NCBI GenBank assembly: GCA_020697715.1
Contig: JAEHCO010000004.1
Coordinates: 64,001-128,000, forward strand
Origin: Methanobacteriota archaeon
GTDB lineage: Archaea; Thermoplasmatota; Thermoplasmata; SG8-5; JAGLSY01
Direction of reading: 5' to 3'
Length of the DNA: 64,000 nt
Numbering within the stretch: position 1 is the first letter of the stretch; each line of letters opens with the position of its first letter. A model generated the notes under the pieces. That model did no database searches, was not told where the DNA came from, and saw nothing but the letters and a program-made list of their open reading frames with translations. Of the stretch, positions 19,789-29,458 are shown piece after piece. The position numbers and the translations under genes are program-made.

Positions 19789-20646
19789 ATGCCCAAGCAG
19801 ATGGATATCAAAGAATTATGCAAGAATATCATCGATGATCCATTCGGAGAATTGCCAGACACAGCGGACATTATCCAGCTCCTCAAAGAAGCAACGGATA
19901 TATTGGCAAATGAGGAGGTCGTCGAGCACAGATCGGGCTATGGGCTTTTTATCGGCGACATCCACGGCGATCTGTCCAGTATGCTGAAGGCATTGGACAT
20001 TGCCGAACAGAGAAATGCTCTTCCGATCTTCATGGGCGATTATGTGGATAGAGGAACACATCAGATGCAGGTGGTCAATCACCTACTGGCTCGCAAGATC
20101 CTCGAGCCAGATTCCCTCGTCCTGCTTCGCGGTAACCATGAATTCAAAGAGATAAATCTGAAATATGGATTCTCGGATATTGTAATGGAAAAATATCCGG
20201 AAACCGTGTACTGGCTTTACAATATCGCCTTCTCTGAATTGCCTCTTGCGGCTGTCTTGAACCGCAAGGTCATCGGGCTTCATGGTGGAGTTTCTCAAAA
20301 TATTAAATATCTCAAGGAGCTGGAAGACCTGCCACTTACTGAAATGAGTGGCAGGGATGACCGCCTGGGCAATCTGTGGAATGATCCCAGCGAGGAGCAT
20401 GATGGCTTTGAAAAGAATGTGAAGCGAAAGGTCTTTCAAACTTTCGGCAGGGATGTGTTCGACGAGTTCATGCGGAATAATGAACTTGACATGATGATAC
20501 GCGGCCACCAGGAGATAGAGGCAGGCTTCAGATATTCATTTGATAATAAATTACTATCAATATTCTCATCCAAAGGTAATGAGAAGGTCGTGGAGCCAAA
20601 GGTGGCCTTTATTGGTGGCGGAGATATAGAGATATTATCGCTCTGA
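19789..20646 (+). CDS. PPP-family Ser/Thr protein phosphatase
   Basis: GDIHG, GDYVDRG, RGNHE, HGG, LWNDP, RGHQ, SIFS. Confidence 0.93.
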   Translation: MPKQMDIKELCKNIIDDPFGELPDTADIIQLLKEATDILANEEVVEHRSGYGLFIGDIHGDLSSMLKALDIAEQRNALPIFMGDYVDRGTHQMQVVNHLLARKILEPDSLVLLRGNHEFKEINLKYGFSDIVMEKYPETVYWLYNIAFSELPLAAVLNRKVIGLHGGVSQNIKYLKELEDLPLTEMSGRDDRLGNLWNDPSEEHDGFEKNVKRKVFQTFGRDVFDEFMRNNELDMMIRGHQEIEAGFRYSFDNKLLSIFSSKGNEKVVEPKVAFIGGGDIEILSL

Positions 20647-23493
20647 CCTGGAGAAACTGAGAACGACAATTGCAATTATCACCACGGTCGATATCATCAG
20701 GATACCAAGGAACCAGCCAACATCCTGCGAGTCTATGTCCGAAGAGGAGCTATCGGTATCAGTCCCATCAGTGTCATCTGTTCCATCTGTATTGTTGACA
20801 TCTGTCGTATTGTCAAGTGGTGGTTCACCAATGATATCACCGATAATATTGCCATTGATGACATCCAGCCATATCGATTGAGTGCCGTTCTGATATCCTA
20901 GCATTGTCGCTTTGGCGACCACCACCACGATCTCATCCTCTTCAATATCCATATTCGCAGACAATCTGGCAACTGCCTCGCCTTGATCATTCGTGACATT
21001 ATCTATCTGAGTGATATTCGCACCTTCGGGAATGGTCTCAAAGGATACTGCACAGTTCTTCACTGGCACATCCTTATTATCCCTGGCAGTCACTGTGATA
21101 TAGGTTATTCCTTCCTGGCCCTGCGTATCAACATCCTCGATGACATCGGGATCCAGCTCCATTTCCAGGTTCAGGAAGGGCGTTATTGTCTTGTATATCC
21201 CGACAATGTGAACTCGCGACCTGGCATCATCATAACCTTCCTTGCTGGCAGTGCTTATCTCGATGAAGGAAAATAGACCTTCATCGGCCAATGGATTATC
21301 TGGATCGACATGAGGAGCAGTGAATTTCAATTTCACCTTCCCATAGGCATCGGATGTGCAATTATACTGGTCCAGCGTCCCATTCGATACAGAGAATTGC
21401 ACTTCGGCCCCTTCAAGAGTAGCTCTGGTCAGTGTACCATCATCATTCTTCGTGATGGATGTCACAAGAACCTCCACATCCAGTTCTCCCTCGGAATACA
21501 TTGACAATGCAGTATTCACGAACCTTGCATTGATGTAGCTATTCGATGGTGGTCGGAGATTGATAATGGATCCCCAATTATAGATAGAACCCGATGATCC
21601 TGTCTGCCAGCCAGTGAATCTGTCTGCGCGGAAGACCTCGATGTTCGTTTTGAAATAAAGGACATCATAGGGCAGGTCATAAGCGATCGCAGCCTGGGCT
21701 TCCTTGATAAGCTCTTCCCTGTATGATTCATTATCTGTTATCCTTGCCTCGTAGATCAAATTATCAAATGTGATATTACGGTATCCGGGATAGTTATCTC
21801 CTATCTCGCCATTGCTGGAGTGGAAAAAGGAGTACATATAATCCATTGGCTGAGCACCAATCCTCCATCCTAGAATGTACATATCAAAATCTCTGGCGTC
21901 TATACGGTTCACGATCGTCCCAAAATCCAAAGCGATATGCTCCGCATAAAGGCCGATATCCTGCATCTGACGTGCGATCATCAGTCCAGCGTGACACCTG
22001 ATAGGATCATAATCCATTGGTGGAGTTAGGATCTCGATCAGACCGCCTTCACCATTACCGATCGGAGAGCCATCCGGATTGAGCCACCAGTTGTCCACTC
22101 CAGGTTCTGCTCCTGGATCGGTCAGCTTATAGCCTGCATTTGCAAGTATGTTCTTTGCCTCCTCAGGATCAAAGGCATATTTTTGTATTGAAATATTGTA
22201 CATCGGATCCAGATTGCTCAATATGCCATCACCAGGTATGCCGAAATTCTGAAGAAGTCTCTGAACAATGGTCTGCTTGTCTATACAGTGAGCTATTGTC
22301 TTCCTCAGAGGCTTGCCAACATCGGTTCCATTCTCATCATAACCGAAGGATCGTCTTGATGGCCTCATATTATATGCCATGTAGAAAAAACCTCTCTCAG
22401 CAGATTGCTTCACACCAAGGGCTGGATCATTAGCAATCTCATGAATGAAGGTCGGCGGGATAGACCATGCAATATAATCTATTTCATTATTCTTAAGAGC
22501 CAGAACTGCCTGCTCAGCTGTTCTGTATATCTTGAATTGAATGGCCTCGATGGTGGGTTGCTTTGCAATTTCATCCGGGTCGTACAGAGGGTTCCATCCA
22601 GGCTTGTAAAAATGATCTGTGTTCTTGATTATCTTAGAATTTGAGCCAACAGTCCATGAATCAAATTTGAACACACCACTACCGATGGGGCCCGGGTTGT
22701 CCCAGGCCATGGCCTTTGAGGAGTTCCATGCATTCGGACCTCCCTTGACATACCCGTCATCACACCATATGAGCATATCATTAGAGGCCTGGCCAGAGAC
22801 CGTCGTGCCCCATATGTGATAAGGCAGAAGGAAAGTGGACAATGTATTCTTGAAGAAATCTATGAAGGGCACCTGCAGCTCGAACTTTAGTGCGGCTTGC
22901 AATCCATCCGCACTCTCGTACACCTTCTGTATGTGCAGATAATGCGTGTCTGTGAAATTAGAGCCAGGTTCTCCACCCTCATCCATCAGACATTTGATAC
23001 CAGATACCCAATGAGGCATCTGTGACTGCACATAATGAGAGAACATGACATCGCGGATGTCCATCTGTTCCCCATCATGCCATGTCACTCCAGTAAAATC
23101 ATAGAATATAGTGGCTTCAGGTCTTTCTGAATTGTTCCACGTGCCCTGTGGAGAATAGTCGAAAATGCCTATCGTGCAATCTTCCCAGGCCATAGAACCC
23201 TGGCTTGCGGTTCCATTGGCAGAGCCAACTGCAATGTAAGGGATCAGTTCATCGGTCTCAGGATCCGTGATCATGGGGCTTTCATAAAGATATCCAACTA
23301 AATTCCATGTCCAGACATCCCCTGCGACAAGCGGGTTGAGGGTCCTGACATCATCCTGCATAGCCACGCGCAGGGTGTATGTATCATCCTCAGCCACAGG
23401 CACCTGGCCAGTTGTCAAGCTGATAGATGAAGCTAACAGAACAATGCATACTAACATTGAGATCAAACTCGTCTTACTTCCCACATTTCTCAT
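20635..23493 (-). CDS. Peptide ABC substrate-binding protein (family 5) with C-terminal Ig-like domains and TM anchor
   Basis: TLNPL, GVTWHDG, PIGSGVFKF, LRKTIAHCIDK; D/T-rich linker and TM helix; no permease genes adjacent. Confidence 0.88.
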   Translation of the reverse strand: MRNVGSKTSLISMLVCIVLLASSISLTTGQVPVAEDDTYTLRVAMQDDVRTLNPLVAGDVWTWNLVGYLYESPMITDPETDELIPYIAVGSANGTASQGSMAWEDCTIGIFDYSPQGTWNNSERPEATIFYDFTGVTWHDGEQMDIRDVMFSHYVQSQMPHWVSGIKCLMDEGGEPGSNFTDTHYLHIQKVYESADGLQAALKFELQVPFIDFFKNTLSTFLLPYHIWGTTVSGQASNDMLIWCDDGYVKGGPNAWNSSKAMAWDNPGPIGSGVFKFDSWTVGSNSKIIKNTDHFYKPGWNPLYDPDEIAKQPTIEAIQFKIYRTAEQAVLALKNNEIDYIAWSIPPTFIHEIANDPALGVKQSAERGFFYMAYNMRPSRRSFGYDENGTDVGKPLRKTIAHCIDKQTIVQRLLQNFGIPGDGILSNLDPMYNISIQKYAFDPEEAKNILANAGYKLTDPGAEPGVDNWWLNPDGSPIGNGEGGLIEILTPPMDYDPIRCHAGLMIARQMQDIGLYAEHIALDFGTIVNRIDARDFDMYILGWRIGAQPMDYMYSFFHSSNGEIGDNYPGYRNITFDNLIYEARITDNESYREELIKEAQAAIAYDLPYDVLYFKTNIEVFRADRFTGWQTGSSGSIYNWGSIINLRPPSNSYINARFVNTALSMYSEGELDVEVLVTSITKNDDGTLTRATLEGAEVQFSVSNGTLDQYNCTSDAYGKVKLKFTAPHVDPDNPLADEGLFSFIEISTASKEGYDDARSRVHIVGIYKTITPFLNLEMELDPDVIEDVDTQGQEGITYITVTARDNKDVPVKNCAVSFETIPEGANITQIDNVTNDQGEAVARLSANMDIEEDEIVVVVAKATMLGYQNGTQSIWLDVINGNIIGDIIGEPPLDNTTDVNNTDGTDDTDGTDTDSSSSDIDSQDVGWFLGILMISTVVIIAIVVLSFSRSER

Positions 23494-23515
23494 AATTCCT
23501 AAAACCCTTTCGGGT

Positions 23516-23580
23516 TATAAAGGGTTGTTGGTACGGGCTTTTGTATAATATATAAAGAAGTTGGTACGGAGGTTTGTGAA
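23516..23580 (-). repeat. Dispersed copy of the 33-bp tandem motif seen at 6.2-6.9 kb, overlapping the SBP promoter
   Basis: Minus strand ACAAACCTCCGTACCAACTTCTTTATATATTAT-ACAAAAGCCCGTACCAA versus ACAAAACACCGTACCAATTCCTTTATATATTAC-ACAAAAGCGCGTACCAA (6827-6876). Confidence 0.8.
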
Positions 23581-23585
23581 AGGGT

Positions 23586-24146
23586 TTACGGTTTGAATTT
23601 TATCACGCACCGCTCATCGCCCTTGCCAACACACTCAGTCTCCTCTCCCTTGTAGGGGCGACCATGCATCTCGCTGAGAAAACCTTCCAGGTATCCTAAG
23701 AAATAAGAATCGATGGCCCAGGGGCTGGCCTTGCCTTTATTCTTGTGGCACCTACCAACTGGGAAACCCTTTTCGCATGTGAATGTAATAACATCGCCCA
23801 CGGTCTCCATAAACATTTCACCCCAACCGATGGCCATCGTCTCGGATACAAGATATTTGTAGATATTATCATGATTCTGTAGCCTCTCCACCTGTCCCTG
23901 CTCCTTCATCATCTTGTAAAAATTGATGCCATAGGGTTTTCCGATCCGCTTTAGAACACCCAATGCGGATTCGGACATGAGGCTTTCCAGTTCCGAGTAT
24001 ATGTGGTAGAGAAGCTCCGCACGTGCCCAAATTATCGGCACGTCGTCATACTTCAACTCACCAGTGCTAAAATCCACACTGGTGCTTCTCTTGTACTTTT
24101 CCAGTACACTGGTCACATATTCCACGGATGGCTCTATCCTCATCAT
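23586..24146 (-). CDS. Stand-alone V4R-domain protein
   Basis: IGWG, FLGYLEGFLS, EETECVGKGDERCVIKF. Confidence 0.88.
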   Translation of the reverse strand: MMRIEPSVEYVTSVLEKYKRSTSVDFSTGELKYDDVPIIWARAELLYHIYSELESLMSESALGVLKRIGKPYGINFYKMMKEQGQVERLQNHDNIYKYLVSETMAIGWGEMFMETVGDVITFTCEKGFPVGRCHKNKGKASPWAIDSYFLGYLEGFLSEMHGRPYKGEETECVGKGDERCVIKFKP

Positions 24147-24172
24147 TAACTCCTATGGTCCAACTAATTTAT

Positions 24173-25003
24173 CTATTTTTCCTTGAAATCAGCTGGTCTT
24201 TTCTCGACAAAGGCCTTCATTCCTTCTTTTTGATCCTCAGTGGCAAAGAGATTGGCAAATGTGCTGGCTTCGACCTTCAATCCTGCCGCGAGGCTCAGAT
24301 CAAGACCTGTGTCGATAGAGGTCTTGGCAACCTGTACCGCGAGCGGACCTTTGGCCGCTATCTTGGCAGCCATTTCCTTTGCCGCAGCCACAACTGGCTC
24401 ATTGTCCTGGATCGGCTTGCCCTTCTCATTGAGCACTTTATCACCGTTCTCGTCAACCTTGAAACCTGGCACAACTGCCTGAACAAGACCGATATCACAG
24501 GCGGTCTTGGCATTGATCATGTCACCAGTGAAGACAAGCTCCTTGGCCTTGCCCGGTCCAATTAAACGGGCAAGTCTCTGAGTTCCTCCGAATCCTGGAA
24601 TGACACCCAGGCCTACCTCTGGCAGACCCATTTTGGCAGCCTCGGATGCGATCCTTATATCACAGCAAATAGCCAGTTCGGTTCCGCCTCCAAGTGCGAA
24701 ACCATTGACAGCCGCAATTACGGGCACTTTCAATGCCTGGATCCTATCGAATGCACCTTGGCCAGCCTCTGCAAATTTGGCGGCTTGTTCCGGGTTCATG
24801 TCCATCATCTCGCTGATGTCCGCTCCTGCGACAAATGCCCTTCCTTCTCCTGTGATTATGACAGCAGCCAGTCCTTGCTCTGCCTCTATTTTTTGAATGG
24901 CTTGGTAAAGCTCATGCAAGACCTGCGTGTTGAGAACATTCATTGGCGGATTGTTCATCTTGATCATACCGACATTTCCATCTCTTGTGTATTCAACAGC
25001 CAT
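24173..25003 (-). CDS. crt: Enoyl-CoA hydratase (crotonase)
   Basis: AFVAGADI, IAAVNGFALGGGTEL, PEVGLGVIPGFGGTQRL. Confidence 0.92.
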   Translation of the reverse strand: MAVEYTRDGNVGMIKMNNPPMNVLNTQVLHELYQAIQKIEAEQGLAAVIITGEGRAFVAGADISEMMDMNPEQAAKFAEAGQGAFDRIQALKVPVIAAVNGFALGGGTELAICCDIRIASEAAKMGLPEVGLGVIPGFGGTQRLARLIGPGKAKELVFTGDMINAKTACDIGLVQAVVPGFKVDENGDKVLNEKGKPIQDNEPVVAAAKEMAAKIAAKGPLAVQVAKTSIDTGLDLSLAAGLKVEASTFANLFATEDQKEGMKAFVEKRPADFKEK

Positions 25004-25007
25004 TTTC

Positions 25008-25862
25008 TCACCTCGAATAATCGTAGAATCCGCGACCGGATTTTCTTCCCATGAGTCCAGCATCCACCATCTTCACGAGCAGTGGGCATGGTCTGTATTT
25101 GGAATCTCCAAGACCTTCATGCAGAACTTCCATGATGTGCAGGCAGGTATCCAGACCTATCAGATCGGCCAATGCCAGTGGTCCCATCGGGTGGTTCATT
25201 CCCAGCTTCATTATCTGGTCGATGTTCTCTGGCTCTCCAACTCCTTCCATCACACAGTACATTGCCTCGTTCAGCATTGGCAAAAGTAGGCGGTTAGCCA
25301 CAAAGCCAGGGTAATCATTGCACTCCACAGGTATCTTGCCCATCTTCTCACTTGCCTGGGTAATTGCCTGTGCAGTCTCATCATCTGTAAGGATACCACG
25401 AATGACCTCGACCAGCTTCATTAATGGAACTGGGTTCATGAAATGCATTCCGATAAATTTCTGTGGGCGGCTTGTGCAAGCTGCCAATTTTGTAATGGAT
25501 ATGGATGATGTATTGCTGGCCAATATAGCATGTGGCGGGCAGATACCATCCAATGTTTTGAATATCTGGCTCTTCAATCCGAAATCCTCTATGATGGCTT
25601 CGACAACCAGGTCGACATCCGACATATCCTTAAGATCGAGGGTGGTCTTTATCCTGGCCAGTGCGCCGTCCATTACAGACTGCTCCATCTTGCCCTTCTC
25701 CACACCCTTTGCCATGGACTTGTTTATGGTCGCCATTCCGCGATCCACAAATTCCTGCTTGATATCATTCAATACAACTTCATATCCTGCGATCGCAGCG
25801 ACCTGGGCGATACCTGCGCCCATCTGGCCAGCTCCGATGACTCCTATCTTCTTTATTTCCAA
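25008..25862 (-). CDS. hbd: 3-hydroxybutyryl-CoA dehydrogenase
   Basis: [35 protein letters not shown]. Confidence 0.95.
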   Translation of the reverse strand: MEIKKIGVIGAGQMGAGIAQVAAIAGYEVVLNDIKQEFVDRGMATINKSMAKGVEKGKMEQSVMDGALARIKTTLDLKDMSDVDLVVEAIIEDFGLKSQIFKTLDGICPPHAILASNTSSISITKLAACTSRPQKFIGMHFMNPVPLMKLVEVIRGILTDDETAQAITQASEKMGKIPVECNDYPGFVANRLLLPMLNEAMYCVMEGVGEPENIDQIMKLGMNHPMGPLALADLIGLDTCLHIMEVLHEGLGDSKYRPCPLLVKMVDAGLMGRKSGRGFYDYSR

Positions 25863-25912
25863 TTATATCCCTCCAATTATATATTATAAGTTTAATTATA
25901 TATTATCCTTCA

Positions 25913-27091
25913 TTATCTCTCCAGTACCATCGTGACTGCATTTCCACCGCCAAGACAGATGGTGGCCAAACCGCGCTTGGCATCCCTGTCCTTCATGGCA
26001 TATACCATGGTCGTCAGAACTCGTGTACCACTGGCTCCAATTGGATGACCCAGTGCGACCGCACCTCCGTGAACATTGAACTTGTCCAGAGGTATGTCCA
26101 GTTCCTTCACAACAGCGCAAGAAGCAGATGCAAAGGCCTCATTGTGTTCCCAGATATCGATGTCATTGACACCAAGTCCAGCCTTTTCCATCACATACCT
26201 TGTTGCTGGTATCGGAGCTTCCATCACAAGCTCCGGAATGAGACCTCTTGTTCCATAGTCCCGGATGGTTGCCAGTGGTTTTATTCCCTTCTCATCAGCA
26301 TAATCCTTGCTCATGATCACCATGGCAGATCCGCCATCACTTATCTGTGATGCATTTCCAGCGGTTACGAGGCCATCCTTTCTGAAAGCTGGCCTTAGTC
26401 GAGCCAAAGATTCCATGGTTGTCTCGGCTCTCACACCCTCATCAGTATCGAAGATGATGGGGTCGCCCTTTCTCTGCGGTATCTCAACTGGTATGATCTC
26501 ATCTTTGAACTTGCCAGCTGCTATCGCAGCAGCTGCCTTTTGATTACTGGCCATCGCCATCTCATCCGCATCTTCACGTGTGACATTGAATTTCTCTGCA
26601 ACTATCTCGCCAGTATTTCCCATATGATAGTTATTGTAGATATCCCACAGGCCATCATTGACCATGGAATCCACGATCTTGTCATCGCCAAGGCGGTATC
26701 CGTTCCTTGCTTTGTACAATAGATATGGAGCCATATCCATGTTCTCCATGCCACCTGCGACTATGGCCTTGGCATCTCCAGCCTTAATGGCCTGTGCAGC
26801 CAGAACGACAGCTTTCATTCCAGATCCACACACTTTATTGACGGTGAATGCGCCGATCTCGACGGGCATTTCAGCGGCAATCATAGCCTGCCTGGCCGGA
26901 TTCTGGCCAAGGCCTGCACCGACCACATTGCCCATTATCACTTCATCAATGTCGGTTTTTTCAAGCCCTGAGCGAGTCACTGCATCCCTTATGCAAATAC
27001 CACCAAGCTCTGGTGCTCTGATGTTCTTCAACGATCCTCCGAATTTGCCTATGGCGGTCCTGACCGCACTGGCTATAACAATATCTGTCAT
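25913..27091 (-). CDS. Acetyl-CoA C-acetyltransferase (thiolase)
   Basis: [25 protein letters not shown]. Confidence 0.96.
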   Translation of the reverse strand: MTDIVIASAVRTAIGKFGGSLKNIRAPELGGICIRDAVTRSGLEKTDIDEVIMGNVVGAGLGQNPARQAMIAAEMPVEIGAFTVNKVCGSGMKAVVLAAQAIKAGDAKAIVAGGMENMDMAPYLLYKARNGYRLGDDKIVDSMVNDGLWDIYNNYHMGNTGEIVAEKFNVTREDADEMAMASNQKAAAAIAAGKFKDEIIPVEIPQRKGDPIIFDTDEGVRAETTMESLARLRPAFRKDGLVTAGNASQISDGGSAMVIMSKDYADEKGIKPLATIRDYGTRGLIPELVMEAPIPATRYVMEKAGLGVNDIDIWEHNEAFASASCAVVKELDIPLDKFNVHGGAVALGHPIGASGTRVLTTMVYAMKDRDAKRGLATICLGGGNAVTMVLER

Positions 27092-27363
27092 TTACTCCCT
27101 CCTTTCTCGAATCATTCCCAAGCCATAGGTATTGGATCGGGGGTAATTCTATAGATAGTCATTACAGATAACTGGAAAATATATAATGATTATGCGAACA
27201 TTATAAAGAATAATTGGCGCAAACGATACTTTGCGCTCTCTGTATTATTATGTTAGATATATATAATTGATTTTAATATAATATTAATTAATAAAATGAC
27301 CAAAATAATAGAAACATTTATATTCTCTGATTTATATATAGGTGTTGCTCGTAAGAGTATGGA

Positions 27364-27675
27364 ATGGGATGCCATATGTGTAAATATTATTATCGCGGAG
27401 GACTGTGTGCTAACAGCTCGATCCAGAGCCCACTTTGCATGGGCGAGGGTTCTTGCCCCACCAATGACGGGGCCAAGATGAAAGAGTTTGAACTACCGAA
27501 TACAATGGTTTTAGATGAAGGATCTAAAAGTGATACGGAAAAATGGCTCGGACTCTATTGCAGCACATACAAGAGATTTCACTGCACTGGTGAAGGCGAA
27601 TGCCTCACAGGCAATTGCGCCAATGCGGATGAATACATGAGACACCTGGCAGTACGCAAGGGTGGTATGGCATGA
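27364..27675 (+). CDS. Small cysteine-rich protein
   Basis: Two Cys modules; ATGA overlap with the next ORF. Confidence 0.6.
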   Translation: MGCHMCKYYYRGGLCANSSIQSPLCMGEGSCPTNDGAKMKEFELPNTMVLDEGSKSDTEKWLGLYCSTYKRFHCTGEGECLTGNCANADEYMRHLAVRKGGMA

Positions 27676-27905
27676 CCGAGATACAACACCACAGCCAGCA
27701 GATGACCATCGAATGTGATTATGTCGATAATGATGGAAGATGCGAGGGTCTTTACAAGGGTTTTGGATGTATCAAAGACAAGTGCCAGCAGCCTTCAAAG
27801 AGTAAACCCAATGCATGCACACATTTGCGACATGATGGATTCTGTCTCAAGCTTGGTAAACTTTCCTGCATAGGCGAAGAGAACTGTAATAGCTTCGACA
27901 TGTAA
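27672..27905 (+). CDS. Small cysteine-rich protein
   Basis: Two Cys4 modules; GGTGG RBS. Confidence 0.65.
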   Translation: MTEIQHHSQQMTIECDYVDNDGRCEGLYKGFGCIKDKCQQPSKSKPNACTHLRHDGFCLKLGKLSCIGEENCNSFDM

Positions 27906-27932
27906 TATTGAATATGCTTTATTCATTTATTC

Positions 27933-27952
27933 GAGGGGCAGGGATGCCCCTC
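27933..27952. terminator. GC hairpin between convergent genes
   Basis: GAGGGGCA-GGGA-TGCCCCTC. Confidence 0.6.
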
Positions 27953-28008
27953 ACTTACATTCATTTATTATCAATTATTATTATCAAAATTAATATCAAT
28001 TATTAATA

Positions 28009-29379
28009 TCAATTAGAGCTTATTTGATATCCACAATGCGGGCAGAAGTTCAGCTTCTCTGACATTTCCTTTTTACAGCTTGGACAGCTATGTGGTGTAT
28101 TGTCATCATCATCTTCGAATGACTCTCCGCATTTGCCGCATTTCACATCATCGACATAAGCATCAGCCCCACAGCTGGTGCAGGTGAAATCTGCTTTATC
28201 CTCACCCTCAATTGGCTCACCGCATTCCCTGCATTTCGTATCAGAATCATACACATCGGCTCCGCAACTGGAACATGTGAATTCGGCCTTTTCCTCAACA
28301 GGGTCAGCATCGACGATTATTATATCTTGATCATCATCAGATATTTCGACTTTTTCCTCATCATCATCATCAAAGGATTCACCACATTTAGGACATTTAT
28401 CGTCACTGTCCTTCACATCAGCCCCGCATTTCGTGCAGGAGAACATGGCATCCGGTGTTTTTGCCAGAGGTTTATCATCATCCACATCCAGGTTCCATTT
28501 GCTTCTCTGCTCCTTTGCCTTGTTCACCCACCAATAAAGTAAAACAACTATGAAGAAGAGCATACCAGTATTACAAAAGGTGTTCATCGCTCCTACACCA
28601 GCATATGTACCATAAAGGCTGGACTCTTCACCAACAAGAGGACCGCGAACAAAAGTGCTGTTTATGCTGTACACCTCATTTCCAGTCTCGAACACCATGC
28701 AATACCAGTGATGATAAATAGCATTCGTATCGATATCCACGATCGCCCGGAATTCCTTTCCATCCGAGTAATTAAGATCTGTAATATCAACAGGCCCCAT
28801 AGTGACCTCCTGTGAGTCCCACCATAGCTCTCTGGCATATGACACTCTTATGTCTGCAGGTTCCAGGTAAGCATCATCAGTAGATGGTGAATTGGAATAT
28901 ACCGTTACAAGGAAGGTATATGAATTAGTTCCAAGACCTTTATAGGGATCTACCGCGCCCTCTCCTATGGAATACCAATATGGAGAGTCAAGCGGAGAAT
29001 ATCTTCCATCTTCGCCCAGTTCTTCAGAAGAGCTATCATCCCAATCCCAAACCAATTCAGAATAGCCGTAGCCAGGCTCTTCCAGTTGATAGGTCTCATG
29101 AAGCACCACGACATAGACAACTGATCCAACTATCAGGAATATGGCTATGCCGAATACCATGAGATACTTGATGTCCCGTATCCCGAACACGAAGAAGATC
29201 GAAAAAGTGGAAATAACAGTGAGTATGAGTATCGCAAAGGGCGCTATGGCACTTTGACCCAGATCGGTCAGGAATACCAGGGAAAGTAGGAACATATCCA
29301 GCACAAGGGCTATTAAGACACCTATTGGCATGGAATATTTCATCTTACTGAATTTATCAAGCTGAGGTGGAAGCTCCAT
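28009..29379 (-). CDS. Membrane protein with an extracellular domain and four cytoplasmic zinc ribbons
   Basis: 3 TM + loop + TM, then four CxxC-x10-CxxCG units separated by acidic linkers. Confidence 0.8.
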   Translation of the reverse strand: MELPPQLDKFSKMKYSMPIGVLIALVLDMFLLSLVFLTDLGQSAIAPFAILILTVISTFSIFFVFGIRDIKYLMVFGIAIFLIVGSVVYVVVLHETYQLEEPGYGYSELVWDWDDSSSEELGEDGRYSPLDSPYWYSIGEGAVDPYKGLGTNSYTFLVTVYSNSPSTDDAYLEPADIRVSYARELWWDSQEVTMGPVDITDLNYSDGKEFRAIVDIDTNAIYHHWYCMVFETGNEVYSINSTFVRGPLVGEESSLYGTYAGVGAMNTFCNTGMLFFIVVLLYWWVNKAKEQRSKWNLDVDDDKPLAKTPDAMFSCTKCGADVKDSDDKCPKCGESFDDDDEEKVEISDDDQDIIIVDADPVEEKAEFTCSSCGADVYDSDTKCRECGEPIEGEDKADFTCTSCGADAYVDDVKCGKCGESFEDDDDNTPHSCPSCKKEMSEKLNFCPHCGYQISSN

Positions 29380-29458
29380 AAGACCCTCGATACACTGCTT
29401 ATAGATAAGAATTATGGGTGATCTAGCATCATACTTACAAAGCACCGATCCAGAGACA

